DNA from: Octopus sinensis
Lineage: Eukaryota
Direction: 5' to 3'
NCBI RefSeq assembly: GCF_006345805.1
Contig: NC_042998.1
Coordinates: 162,936,001 to 163,000,000 of the forward strand
DNA: 64,000 nt
In this document: in pieces, positions 38,613-49,941 of the stretch
Position numbering within the stretch: position 1 is the first letter of the stretch
Layout of the letters: each line of letters opens with the position of its first letter
Program-made: the position numbers and the translations under genes
The notes under the pieces: generated by a model
What the model saw: the letters and a program-made list of their open reading frames with translations, nothing else
Databases searched by the model: none
Told to the model about the DNA's origin: nothing

Positions 38613-39756
38613 ATGTTTCTTTATTAGCCACACAGGGCTGCACACAGATAGAACAAATTACAAGGTAGAGCTTTTCTTTTGAAGGTTTAAAAAAAAAAAA
38701 AAATAAATAAATAAATAAATAAATAAATAAAATTAAAATAAAATAAAAAAAGGGGGGGTCGATCAAAAGGAATCGTAAAAGGAGAGAAAGAGGACAAAAA
38801 AAATGGGGGGGGGGTTTTAAAAAAAAAAAGGGGGAGAGGAAAAAAATGATCAATATGGATCGTTATCACAGAAATGTCAATATGAAGTGTAAAGGGGAGG
38901 ACAGGTGAGGTTTACCCGTGGAAAGAAAAGCCTACGGAAAAGACCACGGTAACCTCGGTCAATGAAGTCACATGTTATATTTTTCTTTTTTTTTTTTTTT
39001 TTTTTTTTTGCAAATAAGCAACTCTCTGTATTAATTTTTACGGTTCATAGAATCATAGTCAAGGTGGCTTCGTCATTCATACGTGCCATCCTTGCTACAT
39101 TCACCCATCTTTTTTAAAACATTCACTAGACAAAACTTGCCTCTCTACTCTCACTTTTTTCTTCAAGTGATACTTGAAGAATTGATGAGAGATTGACCAG
39201 AGAGGAAAGTGTTTGTCTCTATCCTTTCAGACGCGTCCACCAGATACATTCTTTCGCCATAGCCACAAGTATGATAAAAATAGCTCTTCCTTCCCGTTTG
39301 AAGGAAGGAGGCGTGACGATATTAACGATAGACTCGGCTGATAAACCGACACGTCCCACACGTGACAGCAGTCGTTCGACATAAGCCCACAGGTGGGAAA
39401 TTGCTGGACACTGCACGATTGCGTGCAGAGCGGTTTCGTCGCTCTGCCCGCATCTCGGGCAGGTCGGCCCCGTGTTTCTCGAGCCATGCCTATAGAGCTT
39501 ATCCCGAACGGGTAGCGCTTCTCGGTAGCACCGCCGGGCCAGGGATCTCTGGAAGTTGTCCATAGGTCCCGGGCCGAAAGTCGTTTGAAACAGGCGGGTC
39601 AGGTATTCCTCGTCGACGCCCAGGTTTGCCCCGAGCTCGTCGTCGTACCTCCCCTCCACTAATCCCCTATAGAATGCTTTGGTTGTGTTGAAGTCACTCA
39701 AGGTCGACCCGGGACGGCAGAGTTGCTTGAGAGCAACGCGACACTCGCGGTGCCAT
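38613..39756 (-). mobile_element. 5'-truncated Tx1/L1-clade LINE (ORF2 C-terminus and 3' UTR)
   Basis: ORF 39219-39701 carries a CCHC zf-RVT motif (CPRCGQSDETALHAIVQC). The 3' UTR has A/T tracts and AATAAA near the end. Both junctions abut (GATA)n. Confidence 0.88.
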
Positions 39757-39820
<64 letters not shown>

Positions 39821-39894
39821 CGGTGGTGCATGTACATATGCATATGTGCACTTGAAATATACATATATATATATATATATATTTTTGTATATAT

Positions 39895-40086
39895 TCTTTT
39901 ATTCTTTTACTTGTTTCATTCTTTTAATTGTGACCATGCGGGAGCACCGACGTCAGTCGAACAAATCAACCCCAGGACATATTTTTTGTAAGCGCAGTAC
40001 TTATACTATCAGTTACTTTTTGCCGAACCGCTAGATTAAAGGGGACGTAAACACATCAACATCGGTTGTCAAGCGATGGTAGGGGA

Positions 40087-40133
<47 letters not shown>

Positions 40134-40334
40134 AATATATATATATACATATATACGACGGGCTTCTTTTAGTTTCCCTCTACCAAATCAACTCAGAAGG
40201 CTTTGGTCGGCGCGAGGCTATAGTAGAAGACACTTGGCCAAGGTGCCACGCAGTGGGACTGCCCAAGGTGTCGCGCAGAGGGACTGAACCCGGAACCATG
40301 TGGTTGGGAAGCAAGCTTCTTACCACACAGCAAC

Positions 40335-40336
<2 letters not shown>
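39895..40336 (-). mobile_element. SINE family A with a ~24 bp internal duplication
   Basis: Reverse-complement full copy; CCAAGGTG..CGCAG.GGGACT occurs twice at ~40238-40285. Confidence 0.85.
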
Positions 40337-40389
<53 letters not shown>

Positions 40390-40680
40390 ATATAATATAT
40401 ATATATATAATATATATAAATATGTATGTGTGTGTATGTGTATGTACGTGTGTGTGTGTGTGTGTGTACGCGTGTGTGTTCATACAGACGTGACAAACTA
40501 GCTGCTAGTCACAAGAGAGCTGTAGCAAAAATAAAAACAATCATTGCCCATCGTCACATGCGATGGATGGAACCCAGATTCATGTGACTGAGAAGCGAGC
40601 CTTTTAACCATTTGACCATATCCACGTTTTTCTTAACAATGAAGAATTTATTAAGACAAGTGCATATGCGTGCACGCTCT

Positions 40681-40720
<40 letters not shown>

Positions 40721-40947
40721 CACCTCACACCCTCTAAAATACACACGCACATACATAATATATAGATACACACACACATACACATATATCTCTTCGACGG
40801 GCTTCCATATAGTTTCCGTCCACCAAAATCCCTCACAGGATCGACCCTTGTCTATAGTAGAAGACACCTACCCAAGGTGCCGCCCAGTGGGACTTAATTT
40901 CAAACCACATGGTTGCAAAGTGAGCTTCTTAACCACACCACCATCCC

Positions 40948-40979
<32 letters not shown>

Positions 40980-40984
40980 TGTAT

Positions 40985-41563
40985 GTTTTGCCCACAGGGG
41001 GCTAAACATAGAGAGGACAAAGAGATTAAGTCGATTACATCACCCTGGTGTGTAAACGGTACTTATTTAACCGACCCCGAAAGGATGAAAGGCAAAGTCG
41101 ACCTCGGCGGAATTTGAACTCAGAACGTAACGGCCGACGAAATACCTATTTCTTTACTACCCACAAGGGGCTAAACACAGAGAGGACAAACAAGGACAGA
41201 CAAACGGATTAAGTCGATTATATCGACCCCAGTGCGTAACTGATACTTAATTTATTGACCCCGAAAGGATGAAAGGCAAAGTCGACGTCGGTGAAAATTG
41301 AACTCAGAACGCAGCGGCAGACGAAATACCTATTTCTTTACTACCCACAAGGGGCTAAACATAGAGGGGACAAACAAGGACAGACATAGGTATTAAGTCG
41401 ATTACATCGACCCTAGCGCGTAACTGGTACTTAATTTATCGACCCCGAAAGGATGAAAGGCAAAGTCGACCTCGGAGGAATTTGAACTCAGAACGTAACG
41501 GCAGACGAAATACCGCTAAGCATTTCGCCCGGCGTGCTAACGATTCTGCCAGCTCGCCGCCTT
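40985..41563 (-). mobile_element. Head-to-tail trimer of SINE family B
   Basis: Three units with ~185 bp period. Only the rightmost carries the GGCGGCGAGCTGGC head; junctions read ...GACGAAATAC|CTATT(T)CTTTACTACCCAC. Confidence 0.88.
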
Positions 41564-41779
41564 ATGTATGTAAGTATAATGCAGTTAAAAAAATACGAAC
41601 TAAAACTGATAATGTAAGTAGAAACCGTCATACGTATATATAACAGGTTTACCAATAACCTCAGTTAAAGTGTCCGAACAACTTATTTATACGGGAGGGA
41701 GAATTTTGTGTGACATTCATCGGTATCTCAAACTCCAGTGTTTCTCTAAGTGATGTAGGATGTTTATTGTAAAATATTG

Positions 41780-43260
41780 ACAGGTAAAATTGTTAGCACG
41801 CCGGGTAAAATGCTTAGCAGCATTTCGTCTGTTTTTTGCGTTCTGAATTCAAATTCTGCTGAGGACAACTTTAACTTTGATCCATTTTCTATAAAATAAG
41901 TACCAGTTGAACACTGGTGTCGATGTAAGCGACTTGGCTCCTTCCCCGAAATTGCTGGCCTTGAGCCAAAATTTGAAGCTAATATTATTGGCGGGTACGA
42001 TAGCACCCCTTCCCAACTCATCCTACCCGAATATACAGAGAAGTACACATTTTGAGGGAGAGCTATTATCGATATTACTTAAAGCAAGGCGGCGAGCTGG
42101 CAGAAACGTTAGCACACCGGGCGAAATGCTCAGCAGTATTTCGTCTGCCGCTACATTCTGAGTTCAAATTCTGCCGAGGTCGACTTTGCCTTTCACCCTT
42201 TCGGGGTCGATTTATAAAGTAACAGTTACACACTGGGGTCGATATAATCGACTTAATCTGTCTGTCTGTCTTTGTTTATCTCCTCTGTATTTAGCCCCTT
42301 GTGGGTAATAAAGAAATAAGTATTTCGTCTTTCTTTACATTCTGAGTTCAAATTCCGCCGAGGTCGACTTTGTCTTCCATCCTTTCTGGGTCGATAAATT
42401 AAGTACCAGTTGCGTACTGAGGGCGATCTAACCGACTGGTCCCTTCCCTCAAAATTTCGAGCCTTGTGCCTAGAGTAGAAAAGAATCGTTAACACGCCTG
42501 GCAAAATGCTTAGCGGCATTTAGTCTGTCTTTACGTTCTGCATTGAAATTCCGCCGAGTTTGCCTTTCATTCCTTTCGGGGTCGATAAAATAAGAACCAA
42601 TTGAACACCGTGGTCGGTGTAATCGACTGACCCCTTCTCTCGTACCAAAATTTGAAATCACTTGACGGTGGACAGTATTTCACTGACCTCATAATAATCC
42701 CTTCAACAATAGGCACAAGGTCTGAAATTTTGGGGACGGAGATTAGATTACATCGACCCCAGTACTTGACTGGTACTTATTTTATCGACCGCGAAGGGAT
42801 GAAAGGCTATGTCAACCTCGGCAGAATTTGAATTCAGAACGTAAAGACGGAGTACCCACCTTATTTCTTTATTGCGCACAAGGGGCTAAACATAGAGGGG
42901 ACAAACAAGGACAGACAAAGGGATTAAGTTGATTACACGACCCAGTGCGTAACTGGTACTTCATTTATCGACCCCAGATCGCCGCCGTACCCACCTTGAT
43001 ATAATCTTTTCTACTCTTGGCACAAGGCACGACATTTTGGGGGAAGGGAATAGTCAATTAGATCGACTCCAGTACGCAACTGATATTTAATTTATCGGCC
43101 CCGAAAGGAAGAAAGGCGAAGTCGACCTCGGCGGAATTTGAACTCAGAATGTAAAGACAGACGAAATACTGCTAAGCATTTTCGACTGAGGTACTCCAGA
43201 ATGCTTTAAAATTTAACTCGATATCGGCTGAATTTGAACTCAGAACGTATTCAGTGGAAA
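41780..43260. mobile_element. Cluster of about seven family B SINE copies or fragments in both orientations
   Basis: Plus copies at ~41780, 42086 (dimer to ~42480) and 42480; minus copies at ~42705, 42870 and 43005. Confidence 0.85.
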
Positions 43261-44515
43261 CGAAATGGCACAGCATATAGCTAACTATCTTCTAATAGAT
43301 ATACGCAGCTGCTTTCTACCGATTCCGTTACGATCCTGGTTTCTTGAAAAAAAAATCAAGTCGCTATAATAATAAAAACATACACAAAACCAAAAAATAT
43401 AAATAAGTGGCTTTAATCATTACAGCACACTCCAAGGGAAGTAACTCTGTCTTTTTACTTGATCCAAGCATCATTTAATATCAATGAGTTGCAGGAAAAA
43501 TAACCATTTCCAGTAAAAAGCTTAATTGAAAAAGTTTATAAGGAGGTATAATGACTTAATTTCTTCGACGAAAGGACATCGACAAAAGCATCACTTACAG
43601 CACATAGTGTTTTTATCTTATTTTAATTTATTTCACGTATTTATCAACCGTTTTGTTAACCGACGTAAACATTGAGTTTTACCGTTACCAAAATTCTTTT
43701 TATTCTATTACTATCGAACGATTGACGTCTGGGACGGAATAATAGACAGACATACAGTGTGTGTGTGTGTGTAACAGTGACTCACAGTTTTAGATGAGTA
43801 CAGATTCACTAAGCTTGGGATCGATTGAAATAATAAACAGCCAAAGTTTACACACACACACACACACACACATGCGCGCGCGAGTACCGTCTTGCTATGT
43901 TTTACTCGCTTTAGTTATTAGATTGCGGCCATGCTGGGGCAACACCCTGAAGGGTTTAGTCAAAACAAGCTGACCCAAGTACTTATATTACCTTTTTTTG
44001 CCTGGTACTTATTCTATCGAATCGCTAAATTACGGGAGTCTAAAACAAACCAATACCGGTTGTCAAGCGGTGGTGAGGGGGGCAAAAACCAGATACGCGT
44101 ACGTGTGCATACACACACACACAAACACTCATAAATATACATACATGCACAAAAGGCTTCTTTCAGTTTCCGTCTAACAAATCCACTAATAAGGCTTTGA
44201 TCGGCTCAGAGTTATATTAGACAACACTTGCTTCCCAACCAGATGGTTCTGGATCCAGTCCCACTGCGTGGCACATTGGGCAAGTGTCTTCTATTATAAT
44301 CCACTTGTGAGTGGATTTGGTAGACGGAAACCGAAAGAAGCCCGTTGTATACATAAATATATCATTGTTTCTCAACCTTTTTACCCTTAAAACAAATTAT
44401 ATGTCACAACGAACGAATACCTGCTAAAAAAAAATTACGTATCATATCTTTCTCAGATTTTTTTCGTCATTGTTCATGTGGTAAATATCATATATGTATA
44501 TATATATATATATAT

Positions 44516-44682
44516 ATATCATGTGATCACGTGACCGACCAGACCATCAGACGTTGTTACACATCGCTGGTCACAATGCGTTCGCATTGTTTTAGCCTTC
44601 GAATGACGCCACCCCGCTGGCTAAGCGAGCTGGCCAACAGAAGAAAGAGTGGGAGAAAGAGTGGTGAAAGAGTACAGCAGGA
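44516..44682 (-). mobile_element. Retroposon 3' end abutting (TA)n (copy 1)
   Basis: GTGACCGACCAG..CATCAGA..TTG.TACACATCGCTGGTCACAATGC...CCCCGCTGGCTAAGCGAGC is shared with 45022-45148. Family and strand are from recollection of octopus repeats. Confidence 0.55.
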
Positions 44683-44839
44683 ATATATATACGACGGGCT
44701 TCTTTCAGTTTCCGTCAACCAGATTCAATCATAAGGCTTTGATCGGCCCGAAGCTATAGTAGTAGACACTCACCCAAGATGTCACGCAGTGGGATGGAAA
44801 CCGAAGCCATGTGGTAGAGAAGCAAGATACATACATACA

Positions 44840-44875
<36 letters not shown>

Positions 44876-44878
44876 TAC

Positions 44879-44911
<33 letters not shown>

Positions 44912-44947
44912 GATAGATATATAGATATACATACATATATATATATG

Positions 44948-45021
<74 letters not shown>

Positions 45022-45028
<7 letters not shown>

Positions 45029-45148
45029 CGTGATCACCGTGATCGACCAGGCTATCAGATGTTGCTACACATCGCTGGTCACAATGCATTTTGCATTGTT
45101 TTAGCCTTTAAATGACGCCACCCCGCTGGCTAAGCGAGCAGGCCAATA
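45022..45148 (-). mobile_element. Retroposon 3' end abutting (TA)n (copy 2)
   Basis: Similar to 44516-44682 and shorter. Confidence 0.55.
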
Positions 45149-45410
45149 TATATATAATTTATTTAAAGGACACAATACATGTCATTAAGTGCTACTAATA
45201 GTTTCATATTCTTCAGGCACAAACCACATATCATATGGTTATGATATGTGATTTCTGCCTGAAGAATATCTTTGAGATATTTCTCAACATATGAAACTAT
45301 TAGTAGCACTTAAAGACATGTATTCTGTCCTTTAGATAAATAAGATTTATTTGTCACTATATGGAGTACTTTTGTGTTGAATTTTCAATCACGAAACAGT
45401 ATATCATATA

Positions 45411-45454
<44 letters not shown>

Positions 45455-45455
45455 A

Positions 45456-45600
45456 CTAGCAGCTAAGCCCGGTTTCACCCGGTCGGTTTGGATGATGTGG
45501 CTGTAAAACCTGCTCTGTGTAAGCATTCGATTAGTTTGGGCACGCTTACATTAAAAAACAATTTTAGAATGACTTTTTTCTGTCAAAACGCTAAAAATAG
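45456..45600 (-). mobile_element. Helitron 3' terminus (other end not located)
   Basis: Minus strand ACCGGGTGAAACCGGGCTTAGCTGCTAG|T: hairpin plus CTAG terminus. Confidence 0.6.
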
Positions 45601-46068
45601 TTGACCAACAAAAAAAACAAGATTCAACCAAATCAAAAAATAAACCCAAAGACTAAGCGAACAAAGATGAACCATCCCACTTCCATTGCGCGCACACGCA
45701 CACACACACACAAACACACACACATACACATACCCCCCTTTACATACACACACATATATTCACACAGAGTTGAAACGCTGTTTGATTTATTTTTCAGCGT
45801 ACAATATTCATCATCCCACTACCAAGTATGACATCACCGCTTCCTTCCTTATTCATCTATCACTCCTTCCTTTCTCATTCATAAACACAAGAGTATTATT
45901 ATAGTAGATTATCTCGGTAACCATGGAAGCTACGAAAAAATACAAAGCCCAGTATCACCACCGGATCATTCTACACATCTGTGTAATTTTTCGCGCAATT
46001 CCACCAAGCCGTTTAACAGTGAATCTCAAGACAAGAAAGAATCGCCCATGTCAAATTTATGTGTGTAC

Positions 46069-46145
<77 letters not shown>

Positions 46146-46148
46146 TGT

Positions 46149-46190
<42 letters not shown>

Positions 46191-46205
46191 ATATATATAT
46201 ATGTA

Positions 46206-46236
<31 letters not shown>

Positions 46237-46806
46237 GTCAATGAAATTCCAACATCGTCTGGTTTTTGTATTTTATTTTCATATATTTTCCAATTTTATA
46301 ATTGATAAAACAAGTATTTCCATCCTTTCCGCTATCTTCAGGTTTATATAGGAGTATTATTAACCGAAAGTTATCAATTGTGAAACATAACTGTCGGTTA
46401 ATACTGCACCTATATAAACCTGAAGATTGTGGAAAGCATGAAAGTAGTTGCTTTACCATAATATGTAATACTGTAAAATTGAAAAAATATTATAAATACA
46501 AAAATGGAATGTAAAAGCCAGCCTTGACTATACAGAGTGCGAGAGATATTTGGGGACACTTAATTATCAGTATATTGCTATCCTAAAATAACAAGGTCTT
46601 ATAATCTTAGAATCAATGCTGCTGGATACGTTGAGGTGCTATAGACAGTTGTTAAGGCCTGGGTAAATAAGTATGCAGTGAAAGGCTATAGGCATTTCAG
46701 CAATACTCAGCACTTTCTCACAAAGTCCACTGCTGTTGCTGCTTCCCTTACTGGTAGTTATACCGTAAAATCAATATTACCAGTAAGAAACAAAAAATAC
46801 CGACAT

Positions 46807-46839
<33 letters not shown>

Positions 46840-47748
46840 TCCAAAAGCCATCACAATGAAGCCAACGACCAACATCATATGAATTTTGTAAAATATGGGA
46901 ACACTTAAATTTAATTTAAACTATTTCAATTTATTTTATTTTATTTTGCAGCATGATTATGTCACCTTTAAAATGATTGAAACTGGCAGCATATTTGATA
47001 GAAATGTAAATATTTCCTCTCTTTTTTATCTATAATAAAGTTCTCAAAGCATCATTTTATTTTGTTTCTTTTTTTTATAAATTTACATTTGAAAACCCGC
47101 TTAACCTTTTCAATATTTATGTATGAGTGCGTTAGTATGTGTGTGTGTGTGCGCGCGCGCGCATGTCTGTATATCTATATATATTTATATCCTTTAAGTT
47201 CGTTTTCGGGAAACTCTTTTGAATAAATACTCTTATTTTAACCATGCCAGCTACACCCTAATGATATCAACAGGCAAAAGCAGTTTTTTGTTGTTGCACC
47301 GAGCTGTGCCGATATAGTGTAGGACACGCACACACACACACACATATGAGAGGGATGACACTATGTGGACAATCCTTATGCTAGAAGTAGATCAGCTATG
47401 GTCTTACCACTAAGAAATGTTCTGAAGAAAATTTGGCAAACACCAGAACGTAAGCGAGCAAGACAAATGAAAAGTAACAAAATATAGATTAATCACAAAC
47501 ATATTTCACTATCAGCAGATTACGTAATTTTACTTACGCAATCTGCCCGCAGATCTTCAGTATGATCGTCTATACAAATATAATTTGCAGAACTATACAC
47601 GAGACATCCGCACGAGATAGGATATGTATCTAGTTCTACCTATAACACTTGTGGTTACTTTTCAAATGTCCTCGTTTTGACGCGCTAAATTACCGGAAAT
47701 AATACTGCAGATATAATTCACTGCAGAAATAAATTAAATTAAATTAAA

Positions 47749-47802
<54 letters not shown>

Positions 47803-47805
<3 letters not shown>

Positions 47806-48001
47806 GGTCCCGGGTTGATTCGGGGTTAACCACAGTAAATAAGGTACTCAATACATAGCAGAGTAAAATTAATTTATTATATAGAAGGAGCTTCTACAGG
47901 ACTAGAACTGTTTCATTCAAGAGAAATCTTCAGGAAGCTTCCTGAAGATTTCTCTTGAATGAAACAGTTCTAGTCCTGTAGAAGCTCCTTCTATATAATA
48001 A

Positions 48002-48003
<2 letters not shown>
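47803..48003 (-). mobile_element. Penelope-like terminus with a perfect 132 bp palindrome
   Basis: Loopless palindrome 47872-48003, axis at 47937/47938. The left arm continues to 47803. Both ends meet (TA)n. Confidence 0.7.
47936..47986 (+). ncRNA. Type I hammerhead ribozyme (mirror copy on minus strand at 47889-47939)
   Basis: Helix I AGCTTC/GAAGCT; core CTGAAGA (47942-48); helix II TTC(TCTT)GAA with a flanking U.U; GAAA (47961-64); helix III ACAG/CTGT with an 8 nt loop; GUA triplet with predicted cut after 47980. Confidence 0.72.
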
Positions 48004-48053
<50 letters not shown>

Positions 48054-48056
48054 GTT

Positions 48057-48507
48057 TTTATATATAGAGGGCATTATACATACATGCCAGAAGGCATTAT
48101 ACATACATGCCAAACGCTAAGAGGGACAATCAGTCATTTCTACCAAAAATATTACTAATCCCACCGAATGCAATTTTTCAAAGTAAGACATTTAAAAATA
48201 TAGACCTGTATCACAGTGATTTCATACTTACGTAAGTATGAAATCACTGTGATACAGGTCTATATTTTTAAATGTCTTACTTTGAAAAATTGCATTCGGT
48301 GGGATTAGTAATATTTTTGGTAGAAATGACTGATTGTCCCTCTTAGCGTTTGGCATGTATGTATAATGCCTTCTGGCATGTATGTATAATGCCCTCTATA
48401 TATAAATTAATATGTTCAATAAGAAATAATTTTTTCTCTTATGAGGTTTTTACGCTATCTACCTGACAATTTCTTGTTAAGTTTTCCTTATTAAGTGGTT
48501 GTCCTTA
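48057..48507 (+). mobile_element. Penelope-like terminus with a perfect 350 bp palindrome
   Basis: Loopless palindrome 48057-48406, axis at 48231/48232. The right arm continues to (TA)n at ~48507. The 3' half of a hammerhead (GAAA-TCAC-T-GTGA-TA) lies just right of the axis. Confidence 0.6.
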
Positions 48508-48515
48508 ATTGCTAA

Positions 48516-48628
<113 letters not shown>

Positions 48629-48671
48629 CACATATATATATATATATATATAATATATATATATATATATA

Positions 48672-48702
<31 letters not shown>

Positions 48703-48800
48703 TCGACTCCATATTGAAACGTACACTCTCACCCATTAAACAATATCAAAATTTATTATCATTTTGTTTTTGTTATAATGAATCCCATGAAACCCTTTTA

Positions 48801-49941
48801 TCTCTCTATATATAAACGGCAGTTTGTCTGTCAGGTTGTACCCTCACCCTGACCACGGCTTTCAACCGATTCTGATGAAACTTGACACACACATAGCCCA
48901 ATGTCATAATTCAAAACTAACGCAGTGAAAATTTTGAGAAGTTCCCCCACTTCTGAAAAAATCGATAAATTCGACATGGGGTCGAGAATCTAAGCTTTTT
49001 ATATGCAACACATTTTCTGTTGTAGTTTTCGCAACTTGCAATCGATTTTCACCAAACTCATGGTGAAGCTTAATGTTACCCTAAGAAACTTAATTCTGAC
49101 GTTAGATTTCCATGCAATACCTTACCATCAGAAAAAATCGATAAAATCATGCCATTTTGGGAAATCGCGTTCAAATTCAAGATGACATATTTTCGACAAT
49201 ATCTTTCACAAATTGGCAGGAATTTTTTTTTAATTCACAGCGAGCATCATGTCTGCTCCAAGGAGCTATATGGCCCTTTTATTCCAATAGAATACTTTAT
49301 TACTGGAAAAAATCGGTTAATTAAATCATATGTGGCACACATAGCAAACCGATTTGTGTATTAAACACAAACCACAGACTGTCTAGGGGACGCAACTCGA
49401 CCTTTTTAACTCTCGGAACACGTGGGGTAAGTATTCCAAAATGTATAAAAATGTACAAAAACGGCAAAAAAGCGGGCAGCAATGTGAGTGACAACAACGA
49501 GAAAGTCAAAAGTGACCAAACTGAACAAACGAATGGAAAAGGTTTTTTGGTGAACACGACAAAAGCGGTTTATAATAAACCAAGAGTTTGCAAGTAGCGT
49601 CCGAGGACCCTTAGGGTACGTCAAAAATTTAAGGCAAAACATTTGGGGCGGTAGTTATAAAGAAAGTTTAAACAAAAAATGTATTCGAATAACTTGCGGC
49701 TGCAGCAGCTATTAGCAGAAGTGGCGGTGTTGGGGGTAAAGTCTCGAATGTAATTTCTTCCTGGTAGGAATTGGTTGGGTTGAATTATCGATAGCTGTTT
49801 GATAGTTATTTGGGAGTGAAGACAAGACATTGCAACCTACACATGCGCCTTCGTTCCCTAGAGGGAAAGGACTAGATTGGGATTAGTCGTTGCCTACTAG
49901 GGGCTCTTACATACCCGGGCAACGCCGGGCTATGCTGCTAG
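48801..49941 (+). mobile_element. Non-autonomous Helitron (family H2, long copy, ~1.14 kb)
   Basis: A|TCTCTCTATATATAAACGG...CCCGGGCAACGCCGGG...CTGCTAG|T: canonical A|TC...CTAG|T ends with a subterminal hairpin. Confidence 0.85.
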
